NCBI GenBank assembly: GCA_963753975.1
Contig: CAVWEH010000002.1
Span: 448,001-512,000, forward strand
Length of the DNA stretch: 64,000 nt
Direction: 5' to 3'
Source of the DNA: an uncultured delta proteobacterium
GTDB taxonomy: Bacteria; Desulfobacterota; Syntrophia; Syntrophales; Smithellaceae
The notes beneath the pieces were generated by a model, which searched no databases, was not told where the DNA came from, and saw only the letters and a program-made list of their open reading frames with translations. Within the stretch, counting starts at the first letter, position 1. The number at the start of each line of letters is the position of its first letter. Shown here piece by piece: positions 31,028 to 41,913 of this stretch. Made by a program: the position numbers and the translations under genes.

Positions 31028-31202
31028 TGAAAAAGGGCCTTATGAGGCGCGAATTGAATACTTTTCGGGCACCATGCCCTCGTAACTGAGCGACCGCAAA
31101 CACAACTGTCTGAGCCGCCATGGCGGTGAGTTTTGCGTTTGCAACGAAGCTAGAGGAAGCATGGTCGAAAAAGATTCTGAGCGCGAATAAGACCATTTTT
31201 CA
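31028..31202. repeat. ~175-nt imperfect palindrome (MITE/REP-like) between the ECF sigma and anti-sigma genes
   Basis: Ends TGAAAAAGGGCCTTAT / ATAAGACCATTTTTCA (14/16 inverted match); nested arms TTTTCG/CGAAAA, ACCATGC/GCATGGT, GCAAAC/GTTTGC; central CCGCCATGGCGG. Confidence 0.7.
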
Positions 31203-31739
31203 AAGTTCTTCATTCATCAATTCTTTTAATTTTTCCAATCCGCGGTAAATACGCATTTTGACGGCACTAATAGATTTACCGGTAATTTCGGCAATCTCAT
31301 CAAAAGATAATCCCTGCCGATATTTCATAATCAGTAGCGCCCTGAGTTCATACTCCAACCGCAAAAGACAGGCAGTTATTTCTTGAGTTTCTATCAATGT
31401 GGTTTCCGGCGAAGGACTATCATCGGCCAATGAATGTGCGCTGAATGCTTCAGAAATATTGTGTTTTTTATTTTTTTTCCGAAGGTGGCTTTTGATTAAA
31501 TTAAAGGCAACGGTGTAAAGCCAGGTAAAGAATTTCTTGCGGGTGTCGTAACGCCACAAATATTGATAGGCCCGGATAAATGTTTCCTGTGTTAAATCCT
31601 CGGCGTCTCCCAGGTTGCCGGTCATGCGGTAAGCTAAATTATAAATAGGTGTTTTATATTTTTCCACCAGTAAAGCATATGACTGCCTATCTCCCTTCAA
31701 AATTTGAGCAACAATTTCCGCATCGAGTTTTTGATCCAT
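31200..31739 (-). CDS. ECF RNA polymerase sigma factor
   Basis: DAEDLTQETFIRAY, FFTWLYTVA.N, region 4 LSFDEIAEI.G.S.SAVKMRIYRG. Confidence 0.93.
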   Translation of the reverse strand: MDQKLDAEIVAQILKGDRQSYALLVEKYKTPIYNLAYRMTGNLGDAEDLTQETFIRAYQYLWRYDTRKKFFTWLYTVAFNLIKSHLRKKNKKHNISEAFSAHSLADDSPSPETTLIETQEITACLLRLEYELRALLIMKYRQGLSFDEIAEITGKSISAVKMRIYRGLEKLKELMNEEL

Positions 31740-31919
31740 CGCCGCTTTCTATCCGGTAATGATACTTAAATTCCCCCATATGCCGCATAGACAATATTCT
31801 ATAATATGATATTCCGGCCTTCATCGAATATCAAGTAAATTCAAATATTATGATGAAATATTTTTGGACAAATTCCATTAAAAATAGTAAGTATAGTCTA
31901 CAAAAATACGGGGTTTTTC

Positions 31920-33025
31920 ATGTTATACAATAAAACTGTCGCGGTCGTTGTTCCCACATATAACGAAGAGAAACAAATCGGTCAGGTGTTGGAGACAATG
32001 CCGGATTTTGTGGACCGCATCATCGTTGTCAACGATTGCTCTCAAGATAACACAACCGCTATCGTCCTGGATTATATAAATAAACATCAATCGGTCAGGC
32101 AGATTACGAAAAATAATGTAACAACTTCGCCGGATAATAAATATAACCGCGTTGAATATTTACTTAAGGAAAAACAACAGACGGAGGCCGAATATTTCAT
32201 TCCTTCGGAAATAGCCAATGCTAATTCCGAAACCGATCGGATAATTCTAATCAATAATTTAAAAAACGGCGGTGTGGGCGCCGCTATCGCCCGCGGTTAT
32301 AAATGGTGCCTGGATAATAATATTGATTGCACAGCCGTTATGGCCGGAGACGGCCAAATGGATCCGGCCGAACTGGAATCAATCTGCCTTCCCGTCATTA
32401 ACGAAGAAATTGATTATGTCAAAGGCAATCGCCTTATTCACGGCGAGCGCCCGGCTGATCATTCCTAAAACCCGCTTATTTCGGCAATTCCATTCTTATC
32501 GATTTTAACAAAAATTGCTTCCGGTTACTGGCATGTTTCCGATACCCAAACCGGCTATACCGCCATCTCTCTATAACGCTTTAAACGCCATCAAACTTCA
32601 TGATATTTACAAAAGATACGGCATGCCCAATGATATGCTGGTTAAACTCAATATTGCTTTTTGCACTTTAAAGGAAGTCAAAATCAAACCTGTTTACAAT
32701 ATCGGCGAAACGTCTAAAATGAAAGTAACCAGAGTAATTCCCCGTATATCCTGGCTGTTGTTTAAATCATTTTTTAAAAGATTATGGGTTAAATATCTGT
32801 TCCGTGATTTTCATCCTCTTTTTCTGCTTTATCACTTTTCTTTTATTTTAGGTCTTTGTTCCCTCCCTTATGCCGTCAAAATAATTTCTCTCGTTTTTGC
32901 CGGAAAAGCCGTTTCTCCGGTAACAATGCTGGCTTTCTTCTTTCTTTTTACCGAGCAGCTTTCAATCACTTTTATTTGCCATGTGGATGGATATTCAGGA
33001 TAATGAAAGGCTGTACAAATCTTAA
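31920..33025 (+). CDS. GT2 polyprenyl-phosphate glycosyltransferase (DPM1-like) with C-terminal TMs; several frameshifts in 32450-32960
   Basis: VVVPTYNEE, VVNDCSQD, NGGVGAAI..GY, MAGDGQMDP, DYVKGNR, YGMPNDML; true C-terminus ..FAMWMDIQDNERLYKS-TAA. Confidence 0.78.
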
Positions 33026-33051
33026 CTAATATTTTTTTGTGAGAAGATAAA

Positions 33052-34652
33052 ATGACAAAAATGATAAAACCATCTATTGCTGTTATCGGCGCAGGAAACT
33101 GGGGAAAAAATTTAGTCCGCAATTTTTTTGAATTAGGCGTACTTAAAAGCCATCTGCGATAAAAATCCGGCATCTGCTCGAACAAATGCAGAAGCTCTAT
33201 CCTTCCTGTGATTTTTATTCATTCATTAAAAGACGTTCTTGTCCCGCGACGATATTCCGGCAATTGCCATTGCCACTCCGGCCGAAACCCATTTTCTACT
33301 GGCCCGCGAAGCTCTGTTATGGCCGGCAAACATGTTTTCGTGGAAAAACCTCTGACTCTTTCGGAAAAAGACGCAGAGAACTGATTGCCCTTGCTCAAAA
33401 AAATAACATTCGTATTAATGGTCGGCCATCTCTTGCAATATCATCCCGCTTTTATCAAATTAAAAGAACTGGCCACCGCTGGTGAGTTGGGCCGGATCAA
33501 TTATATTTATTCCCATCGCTTAAATTTGGGAAAAATCCGAAGAGAAGAAAATATTTTATGGTCTTTCGCCCCGCATGATATTTCCATGATTCTTGCTCTG
33601 GCCGGTGAAGAACCGGAAAGCGTCATTGCTACCGGCGGAAATTATCTGCATAAAAAAATCGCCGATGTCACCACTACTCATCTGGAATTTTCCTCCGGCC
33701 TGAAAGCTCATGTATTTGTTTCCTGGCTGCATCCGTTTAAAGATCAAAAACTGGTTGTTGTCGGTGATCAAAAAATGGCTGTGTTTGACGATACCCTGCC
33801 CTGGGAAGAAAAATTGCTTATCTATCCTCATCATGTAAAATGGGAAAATAACGTTCCCGTGCCGACTCGCGGAATTCCGGAGAGTGTTTCCATTCCTTAT
33901 GCCGAACCGCTAAAATTGGAATGTGAGCATTTTCTTGATTGCATTGAAAAAGGAAAACCGGCCCTGACCAATGGCGAAGAAGGATTGCGCGTTCTCAAAG
34001 TTTTAAACGCCTCTGAGCGTTCTTTAAATGAAAATGGATTAAGAATCAATTTAAAAAATGACGCAGTTTTATACCCGGACAATAAGGATAACTACTATTA
34101 TTCATCCCACAGCACAAATCGATGAAGACGTGGAAATCGGAGCAGGAACAAAAATATGGCATTTTTCCCATATAATTTCCGGTTCCAAAATCGGTAAAAA
34201 CTGTTCTATCGGTCAAAATGTTGTTATCGGTCCCGACGTCACCATCGGCAACGGCTGTAAGATACAAAATAATGTTTCTGTTTATAAAGGTGTAACTCTT
34301 GAGGATAATGTTTTTTGCGGTCCATCCGCCGTTTTCACGAATGTTATTAATCCCCGTTCAGAAATTAAACGAATGTCGGAAATCAAACCGACATTAGTTA
34401 AAAAAGGAGCAACGCTTGGCGCCAATTGCACGATTGTCTGCGGTCACACTATCGGAAGTTATGCTTTTATCGCCGCCGGCGCGGTCGTCACCAAAGATGT
34501 TCCTGACTTCGCTTTAATGAGCCGGCAATCCCGCAAGACAAAAAGGCTGGATGTGCCGGTGCGGCTACCAGCTCAATGAAAAGATGAAATGCCTTCAATG
34601 CGGCAAGAAATATAAAATGAAAGATAAAAAATGTTTGCAGATAATAAAGTGA
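33052..34652 (+). CDS. Probable fused Gfo/Idh/MocA sugar dehydrogenase + hexapeptide N-acetyltransferase (WbpB-WbpD/WlbA-WlbB-like); several frameshifts
   Basis: [38 protein letters not shown]; then [29 protein letters not shown] and [14 protein letters not shown]; no separate RBS/start seen for the second half. Confidence 0.72.
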
Positions 34653-34722
34653 CCAAGTAAAAATATTGATGCTCGCATATATTGCTAGCGAGATCATAGG
34701 CGCCATTTTGTCCATTAATATA

Positions 34723-34751
34723 TTGACACATAATCCAGTTCTTCTTATACT
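34723..34751 (+). promoter_or_regulatory. Near-consensus sigma70 promoter inside the glycan cassette
   Basis: TTGACA (34723-34728), 17 bp, TATACT (34746-34751). Confidence 0.65.
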
Positions 34752-34799
34752 TAGTTACAATAAAGTAATTATCGAAATCAGAAAGTTGACAGTGTTGTC

Positions 34800-35801
34800 A
34801 TGATCAATGTTGCACAAATAGGGGTCGGCTATTGGGGTCCAAATTTACTTAGAAATTTGTCTAGGAATGCCAGTTGCCGCGTTAAAACTGTGGTAGATAT
34901 TTCCGCAGAACGAAGACAGTTTGTGAAGAGCAATTATCCGTCTGTGTCCGTAACTGATAGACTGGAGGATGTTCTGTCGGACACAGACATTTCAGCGGTC
35001 ATAATAGCCACTCCAGTGGCCTCCCATTTCGAGCTTACGATGAAAGTTCTATCTGCCGGTAAGCATGTCCTTGTGGAAAAACCGATGGCTAGATCAGTTA
35101 TAGAGGTGAATCAAATTGAAGCGCTGGCAAACGAAAAATCTCTGGTAGCCATGGCCGGACACACATTTCTTTACAACACGGCCGTCCGGTATATAAAACA
35201 GTTAATTGATTCGGGAGATATGGGAGAAATACGCTATATATACAGCCAGCGGATTAATCTTGGGCGAATAAGGTCAGATGTAGACGCACTATGGAATCTG
35301 GCACCGCATGACATCAGTATCATTCAGTACTGGCTGGGGAATCCTTTACCTATATCGGTTTCCCGAAGCGGAATGGCTTACATACAAAATAATGTGGAGG
35401 ATGTAGTTTTTTTAAATCTCGTTTATCCGGGTAAAATAATGGCTCATATCCATGTTAGCTGGCTTGATCCCCATAAGATCAGGCAGATGACTGTCGTTGG
35501 TTCAAAAAAGATGGCTGTCTATGACGATATCGCAGAAAATAAAATTGCCATATTCGATAAAGGCATCGATAAAAAAGCTATTCTGGGAGAAAATATGGAT
35601 TTTGATAAACCCAATGATTTTCTGTTCAATCACAGATCAGGCGATGTCCTCTTGCCGAAGATAGATTGGAAAGAACCTCTAATGATTGAAATCAATCATT
35701 TTATCGACTGCATTGTTAATGGCACCGAATGCCTGACCGGCACAGAACATGCTAAAAAAGTCGTTCAAATTCTCTCCATGAGTAAAAACGCTGATTTATG
35801 A
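34800..35801 (+). CDS. Gfo/Idh/MocA oxidoreductase (NDP-sugar dehydrogenase)
   Basis: IGVGYWGPNL, HVLVEKP, WNLAPHD, HVSWLDP. Confidence 0.9.
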   Translation: MINVAQIGVGYWGPNLLRNLSRNASCRVKTVVDISAERRQFVKSNYPSVSVTDRLEDVLSDTDISAVIIATPVASHFELTMKVLSAGKHVLVEKPMARSVIEVNQIEALANEKSLVAMAGHTFLYNTAVRYIKQLIDSGDMGEIRYIYSQRINLGRIRSDVDALWNLAPHDISIIQYWLGNPLPISVSRSGMAYIQNNVEDVVFLNLVYPGKIMAHIHVSWLDPHKIRQMTVVGSKKMAVYDDIAENKIAIFDKGIDKKAILGENMDFDKPNDFLFNHRSGDVLLPKIDWKEPLMIEINHFIDCIVNGTECLTGTEHAKKVVQILSMSKNADL

Positions 35802-36247
35802 TAAGTAGCACTGCAATTGTAAAAGATGCGCAGATAGGCAAAGATACTAATATCTGGGAATTTGCCAATATATATGGATGTGTAATCGGCGATAAATGTA
35901 ATATAGGTTCTTATGTGGAAATACAAAACGGGGTTCGCATTGGTAATAATGTAGTCATCTCGTCTCACTCTTTTATCTGTTCACTAGTGACAATTGAAGA
36001 CGATGTTTTCATCGGCCACGGGGTAGTGACGATAAATGATGTCTATCCGCCGTCACGAAGGAAGACGGGGTCAGATTCCTTCTGGAAACCAACGCTGATA
36101 AAAAAGGGAGCAGTGATTGGCAGTAATACAACATTGTTCCCGGTGATAATCGGCGAAAAAGCCACAATAGGGGCGGGATCTGTTGTTACAATGGATGTTC
36201 CTGATAATTGTACAGTGGCTGGAAATCCGGCCAGAATAATTAAGTAA
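35798..36247 (+). CDS. Hexapeptide-repeat sugar N-acetyltransferase
   Basis: Left-handed beta-helix repeats, IGAGSVVT.DVP, AGNPARII. Confidence 0.9.
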   Translation: MISSTAIVKDAQIGKDTNIWEFANIYGCVIGDKCNIGSYVEIQNGVRIGNNVVISSHSFICSLVTIEDDVFIGHGVVTINDVYPPSRRKTGSDSFWKPTLIKKGAVIGSNTTLFPVIIGEKATIGAGSVVTMDVPDNCTVAGNPARIIK

Positions 36248-36260
36248 GAGAATTTTATAG

Positions 36261-37391
36261 ATGCATATACCATTTGTTGATTTAAAGGCACAATACTCAA
36301 CGATAAAAACTGAAATTGATGAAGCCATCCAATCCGTTATCAATGAAACTGCGTTTATCAAGGGTAAGTATGTTGATAAATTTGAGAAAGAGTATTCAGA
36401 TAAATACGGGGTTAAACACTGCATCGGTGTCGGCAATGGTACAGATGCAATCTATATTTCTCTTAAAGCTTTGGGAATCGGCCCGGGTGATGAAGTTATC
36501 ACTGTGGCCAATAGTTGGATATCCACGTCGGAGACGATAACTCAGGCTGGAGCCCGGCCGGTTTTTGTGGATATCGATCCCGATTATTACACAATAAATC
36601 ATAAATTGATTGAAGATAAAATTACATCTAGAACGCGGGCAATAATCCCTGTACATCTATTCGGACAACCGGCCGAAATTGATAAAATAAAGTTGATCTG
36701 CGAGAAACACCATCTTCATTTGCTCGAAGACTGTGCCCAGGCGCATTTTGCTGAATATAAAGGCAAGAAGGCCGGAACTTTCGGTATCGCAGGAACTTTC
36801 AGTTTTTTCCCCGGGAAGAACCTGGGGGCTTATGGCGATGCCGGAGCGATAATAACCGATGATGAACACTTTGCAACGCGGGCACGGATGTATGCTAATC
36901 ATGGAGCAGTTGTTAAACATAAACATGAAATCGAAGGAATCAACAGTAGGATGGATGGAATTCAGGCCGCCATTTTATCTGTAAAATTAAAATATATTGA
37001 TGAATGGAACAGCAAACGTCTGCAAAATGCAATTTTATATAATAAACTATTAACAAATATTCGTAATATCGTTGCCCCCAAAATCCGCAAAGATGTAAAA
37101 CATGTTTTTCATCTTTATGTTGTCAGAGCAACAAACAGGGAAGAATTGCAGAAATATTTGGAAGGAAAAGGAATCGCCACGGCAACACATTATCCCACTC
37201 CGCTGCCATTTCTTCCGGCATACAAATACATGAACCATAAATCTTCCGATTTCGCGGTAGCATTTGATTATATGAATAAGATTTTATCACTTCCGATGTA
37301 TCCGGAATTAACTGCAGATCAAATTAGTTTTATCGTTGCTGCCATCGATTTGTTTTATAAATCTCATGAAAAAAATGGCCGGAATAATTAA
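36261..37391 (+). CDS. DegT/DnrJ/EryC1/StrS PLP sugar aminotransferase
   Basis: IPFVDL..QY, GNGTDA, EDCAQAH, SFFPGKNLGAYGDAG, NSRMD. Confidence 0.95.
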   Translation: MHIPFVDLKAQYSTIKTEIDEAIQSVINETAFIKGKYVDKFEKEYSDKYGVKHCIGVGNGTDAIYISLKALGIGPGDEVITVANSWISTSETITQAGARPVFVDIDPDYYTINHKLIEDKITSRTRAIIPVHLFGQPAEIDKIKLICEKHHLHLLEDCAQAHFAEYKGKKAGTFGIAGTFSFFPGKNLGAYGDAGAIITDDEHFATRARMYANHGAVVKHKHEIEGINSRMDGIQAAILSVKLKYIDEWNSKRLQNAILYNKLLTNIRNIVAPKIRKDVKHVFHLYVVRATNREELQKYLEGKGIATATHYPTPLPFLPAYKYMNHKSSDFAVAFDYMNKILSLPMYPELTADQISFIVAAIDLFYKSHEKNGRNN

Positions 37392-37432
37392 AAGCGGAAT
37401 CTTTTCCCTGACCGTAACCAGCAGATAGCTCC

Positions 37433-38647
37433 ATGGCCAAAAAATCATGCAATTGTGGAGAGAACTTGGATAATCTCATGGAAATAAATGATGTCCTACT
37501 TGCAGTTCTGAAAAGAGCTGATTTCCTCGATTATAAAGGCTACTCGAAGTTTGATGGTCTATACAGTCCAATGACAAAAGCACTATCCTGCGGATTATGG
37601 CCTTTGCGACTTGTCTGGAGCCAGGTTGTTATGCGGACCCCCTTTAATATCCGCCCTTTGCTTCTGATAAAAAAAGGAATCAATCCGGAAGGCCCTGCCC
37701 TCTTCGCCCGCAGCAATCTGGATGTCCATGCGCTAGGTATCTCTGGACCATTCGAAATGCGCGCCCGTAAATGCCTGGATTGGCTACTAATGAATAATTC
37801 ATCAATAAAGGGAAATTTTCACGGTCTCAGTTGGGGCTATCATCATCCGTGGCAGAGTACAGGATTTTATCAGCCGCCGGGATTTCCCAATTGTTATATA
37901 ACTATAATAGTTGCTGAAGCACTCCTCCATGGATTCCGCATTCTCCATGATAACCGTTACCTTCTCGCTTCCCGTCAAACCTGTGACTTCATACTGCATG
38001 ATCTTGCCATGTTACACGAAACGCGTCAGGAAAAAAGCATTTCCTATGTTCCGAAAATGAGGACTGATTTCACGGTCATCAACATCAACGCTCTCTGTTC
38101 CGCTTTACTCGCTCAAGTGGGGACACTGACCGGAGAGCTTCATCTTTTTGAGGAATCCCGAAAGCTGATGTCTTTTGTTGCCCGGATGCAGACAAATGAA
38201 GGAGCCTGGTATTATACATCAAATCCTCGCCAGAGCTTTGTCGCGCATGATAACTACCATACAGGAATGATTCTTGATGCCTTGATGGCCTATGAGCAGG
38301 CAACAGGCGATGACCGTTTTCGGGAAAATTTGGACAAAGGTTTGAGCTTTTACCGGCAGAGGTTATTTACACGGGAAGGTGCTCCCAGGTGGTCCAGCGA
38401 TAAAACCTTTCCCCTCGATGTTCATGGTTCAGGCCAGGGTATTCTGACATTTTCTTTATCAGGCGATTTGGAGATGGCACATCGTATTGCGTCATGGGCA
38501 ATTAGTAATTTTTATAAAGGCAATGGCGATTTCACCTACCAAAAATGTCGTTTTTGGGATAAAAATTTTACATTGCTGCATTGGGGAAACGGTTGGATGG
38601 CCCGTGGGCTTTCCACCTTTCTTCTAAAAGCAAGGAAAAAATTATAA
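37433..38647 (+). CDS. Hypothetical protein, probable alpha/alpha-toroid carbohydrate-active fold
   Basis: WGY..PWQS, GAWYY, DNYHTG, DVH...QGI; lies in the glycan operon; fold is inferred. Confidence 0.45.
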   Translation: MAKKSCNCGENLDNLMEINDVLLAVLKRADFLDYKGYSKFDGLYSPMTKALSCGLWPLRLVWSQVVMRTPFNIRPLLLIKKGINPEGPALFARSNLDVHALGISGPFEMRARKCLDWLLMNNSSIKGNFHGLSWGYHHPWQSTGFYQPPGFPNCYITIIVAEALLHGFRILHDNRYLLASRQTCDFILHDLAMLHETRQEKSISYVPKMRTDFTVININALCSALLAQVGTLTGELHLFEESRKLMSFVARMQTNEGAWYYTSNPRQSFVAHDNYHTGMILDALMAYEQATGDDRFRENLDKGLSFYRQRLFTREGAPRWSSDKTFPLDVHGSGQGILTFSLSGDLEMAHRIASWAISNFYKGNGDFTYQKCRFWDKNFTLLHWGNGWMARGLSTFLLKARKKL

Positions 38648-38662
38648 CAGGGAGACGATAGA

Positions 38663-39444
38663 ATGCCATTCGGTTCGGAACTAGCCTTGACGCCAGGCCT
38701 TAGCCCTATGGAAAGACTCTATATCAGAATTTTCGGTGCACCGATACTTGGCCTGCGGGTCAGGGCGCGCACAATCATTTCCTTTTTGAATCTTGTTGGG
38801 AATCCTCAACGGATAGCTGATGCGGGGAGCGGCCGGGGGATGATTACCTCGCTTGTGCCCGACTGTTTCCGGAAGCGGAAGTCATCGGCATTGATCTAGA
38901 CAATAGACAGAACTGCGATAACAATGATATTGCCGAAAAACTCGGCATGTCCAAAACATTGCGCTTCATGACATGGGATGCCATGAAGTTACCGGAGTTA
39001 GGGAAGTTCGACTTGATTATTTCCACGGATATGCTCGAGCATCTGGCAGATGATCTGGGAGGGGTCAAGATGTTTAATGAAGCCATGCAACCGGGAGGAT
39101 ATCTCCTCGTCCATGTTCCACACCGGACACGAAATACTTTTGGCTGGAAACGTGAAAACTGGATGGACGTGAAAGGTCATGTGCGTCCCGGTTACACTAA
39201 AAATGTCCTCATTGACCTCCTGACAAAGGGTGGATTAAAAGTTCGCGCCTGCGTTTACAACTATAATTCGCTGGAAACGCTCGCCAATGATATCAGCAAG
39301 TTCATTACCGGTGCTCAACAAGCCAACAAAGGCATCTATGCCATAGCTTTTCCTTTCCTGATGTTGATAGTTCTTCTGGGATCACTATACCGTTCTAAAA
39401 AAGACGGTTCGGGGCTAGTCGCTCTTGCCTGTAAGGAAGGGTGA
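38663..39444 (+). CDS. Class I SAM methyltransferase; frameshift near 38848
   Basis: DAGSGRG motif I; shifted frame continues ACARLFPEAEVIGID, FDLIISTDMLEH, PGG. Confidence 0.8.
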
Positions 39445-39448
39445 AGTT

Positions 39449-40489
39449 ATGCGGATACTTATCGATATCCTGCATCCTAAGCATGCCCATTTCTTCAGAC
39501 CACTTGTCCGGCGCTGGATCGAAAAGGGGCATGCTGTAAAAGTTGCCACGAGGGACAAGGATATCACCCATGAGCTGTTAGATCTTTTTCATATCCCGTA
39601 TATCTGTCTATCGAGGCAGGCCAAGGGATTCCGGATGATTACCGAACTTATTGGCCACTGGTGGCGACTGATTTTGCTGCTAAGTAAATTCCGTCCGGAT
39701 ATCGTAATTTCCATTGGGGGAATTATGACATCCATTCCCAGTAAGATTCTAGGAATTCCCAATATAGCAATCACGGACACAGAAACGGCAAAGCTAGGAA
39801 ATAAAATTTCATTCCCTTTTGCCGATTGTATTATCACACCGGAATGGTTCACCGATAACTTCGGAAAAAGGCATTTCCGCTATCGGGGCTTTCACGAATG
39901 GAGCTATCTCCATCCCAGTGAATTTAAGCCTGATCCGGAGATAGTCCGGGCGGAAGGGATTAATCCTGATGAACCTTATGCCGTTGTCAGACTTGTCCGT
40001 TGGGATGCCCTTCACGATCGTGGTGAGGAAGGGCTGCGAAGAAATGACCTCGTCCGCTTGATGAATGGATTGGCTAAAAAGATGAAAATAGTTTTATCTT
40101 CCGAAACGGCAGTTCCTCCGGAATTTTCCGGATATAACACACGTGTTCGAGTCGACCGGATGCATCACGTCATGGCCTTCTCCCGCCTGGTTGTTGGTGA
40201 AAGTCCGAGCATGTGCGCTGAGGCTTCCCTGATGGGTGTGCCATCCGTTCTGGCTTCGAGCTGGGCGGGAAAATGCGGCAACATGAAGATATTATCAAGG
40301 CATTTCGGTTTAATGCAAGTCTATGAAAAAGGTTGTGATGCCGTCGATGCAGCCTTAGCCCTGGCGGAAAACCCGCCAACAAGGGAATCAATAGACCAGC
40401 AGCGATCAGAGCTGATTCAGGATCTTGAATATATTCCTGATGTCTTGGAAAAGCATATCCAAAATCTGACCGGAGATAAAAATGTCTGA
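39449..40489 (+). CDS. DUF354-like GT-B fold protein
   Basis: ILIDILHPKHAHFF, TRDKD, DTETA, GES.SM..EA..MG.P. Confidence 0.7.
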   Translation: MRILIDILHPKHAHFFRPLVRRWIEKGHAVKVATRDKDITHELLDLFHIPYICLSRQAKGFRMITELIGHWWRLILLLSKFRPDIVISIGGIMTSIPSKILGIPNIAITDTETAKLGNKISFPFADCIITPEWFTDNFGKRHFRYRGFHEWSYLHPSEFKPDPEIVRAEGINPDEPYAVVRLVRWDALHDRGEEGLRRNDLVRLMNGLAKKMKIVLSSETAVPPEFSGYNTRVRVDRMHHVMAFSRLVVGESPSMCAEASLMGVPSVLASSWAGKCGNMKILSRHFGLMQVYEKGCDAVDAALALAENPPTRESIDQQRSELIQDLEYIPDVLEKHIQNLTGDKNV

Positions 40490-41909
40490 ACGCTTACCTG
40501 TTGAACTATTTTTTTGGGGAGAACCATTTGACAGGCAAGCTGTTTTTCACATTGTGCGCCATGTATCAATGCGCGCCGGTTGGACACTTACGCCGAGAGC
40601 GCAAAATCGAATCATCTATGCCACAACAGACGATCCCTCGGAAATTACCGCCGGTGAAAAGGATCTGGTTATCCTTTCTTCGTCAGCAATTAAGAGACAT
40701 CTTATGGAAAGCAAGGAACCTTTTCCTTTTGATAATCTTCCTGATGGCAGGGTTCCCTTCCCTCATCCGCAATGGCGAGAATTTAAAAAACAGGGCTGGA
40801 TTGCCGCTGATATCATTGCCGGTGCGCTTGGCGTTTTGAACCTGTGGTTCGAAAGCCAAACTCACTATGGGAAAAAATATGATTGGATACTATTTAATGA
40901 AGACTGGTGGAAAAAAGCAGGCTGGCAAAGGCCGGAACCAGTTGTTGATCAATGGCTGGAAGTTATTATTAAGGCCGCGTCAGCCCTTGGCTGGCAGCAA
41001 TGCCCAGTCAATATGCAACCCTCCATTTTACTTACTCATGACGTCGACTATTTGCCATCACCTATTAATCGCGGATTTCTCCGTTTTTTGCGGTCGCTGG
41101 CTCGTCAGGCTGTCACTCGAAAAAGTTTAAAGAATGCATTACTCAATACCTATGCTTACGGGAAATCCTTCTGGCGAAACTTACCTTATTATAATTTTGA
41201 TAAAATCGTAGCAGGAGAGGCAACACGGGGGGCATCTTCCTCTTTTCAATTTATATCTGGAAGAAAACATAGGCATGGTCCGTCATATGAACTTGACGAT
41301 CCGTGCCTAAAAAATGCATTAAAATTGCTACTGGAGAAGGATTTTGAAGTCTGCCTCCACGGCAGTTATCGGGCAGGTGATGAACCGCTGATGCTTGCCG
41401 AAGAGAAGAATGCTCTAGAAAATATTCTGGGACATGAGGTTATCGGACACAGACAGCACTATCTTCATCTTCACCCCGCTTCATTTTTTGCGGGTATTGA
41501 AAATGCCCGGTTTCAATACGATATGTCCATCGGTTACAACGATACCGTCGGGCCAAGGGCAGGAACATACTTTCCCTACCGGCCGTATGACATAAATACG
41601 GCAAAAGCTTTTTCATTCTGGGAATTTCCGTTGGTCTTGATGGATACAACTTTAGCAACGTCATATCTTTTTCAGCCGACGGAAGCGTTGTGTAGAAGCA
41701 AAAAAGAAATACAGCACGTCATTGACGCAAAAGGTTGCGTCTCCATAATTTGGCATCAGGAACAGATGGGAGGCCTATTAGATCCCGGTTACGATCAGGT
41801 TTATTGGGATCTTCTCGATAAATTACACGGCCGACAAGTTCACCTCACGACGGGCAGCAGGGTGCTGTCGGAGAAGAATTCCTTATGGAAGAAAACGGTT
41901 GAGGAATAA
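40482..41909 (+). CDS. Polysaccharide deacetylase-family protein
   Basis: LTHDVD, EVCLHGSY, G.RQHYL, YD.SIGY, FPL.LMD, WH. Confidence 0.75.
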   Translation: MSERLPVELFFWGEPFDRQAVFHIVRHVSMRAGWTLTPRAQNRIIYATTDDPSEITAGEKDLVILSSSAIKRHLMESKEPFPFDNLPDGRVPFPHPQWREFKKQGWIAADIIAGALGVLNLWFESQTHYGKKYDWILFNEDWWKKAGWQRPEPVVDQWLEVIIKAASALGWQQCPVNMQPSILLTHDVDYLPSPINRGFLRFLRSLARQAVTRKSLKNALLNTYAYGKSFWRNLPYYNFDKIVAGEATRGASSSFQFISGRKHRHGPSYELDDPCLKNALKLLLEKDFEVCLHGSYRAGDEPLMLAEEKNALENILGHEVIGHRQHYLHLHPASFFAGIENARFQYDMSIGYNDTVGPRAGTYFPYRPYDINTAKAFSFWEFPLVLMDTTLATSYLFQPTEALCRSKKEIQHVIDAKGCVSIIWHQEQMGGLLDPGYDQVYWDLLDKLHGRQVHLTTGSRVLSEKNSLWKKTVEE

Positions 41910-41913
41910 CGGC

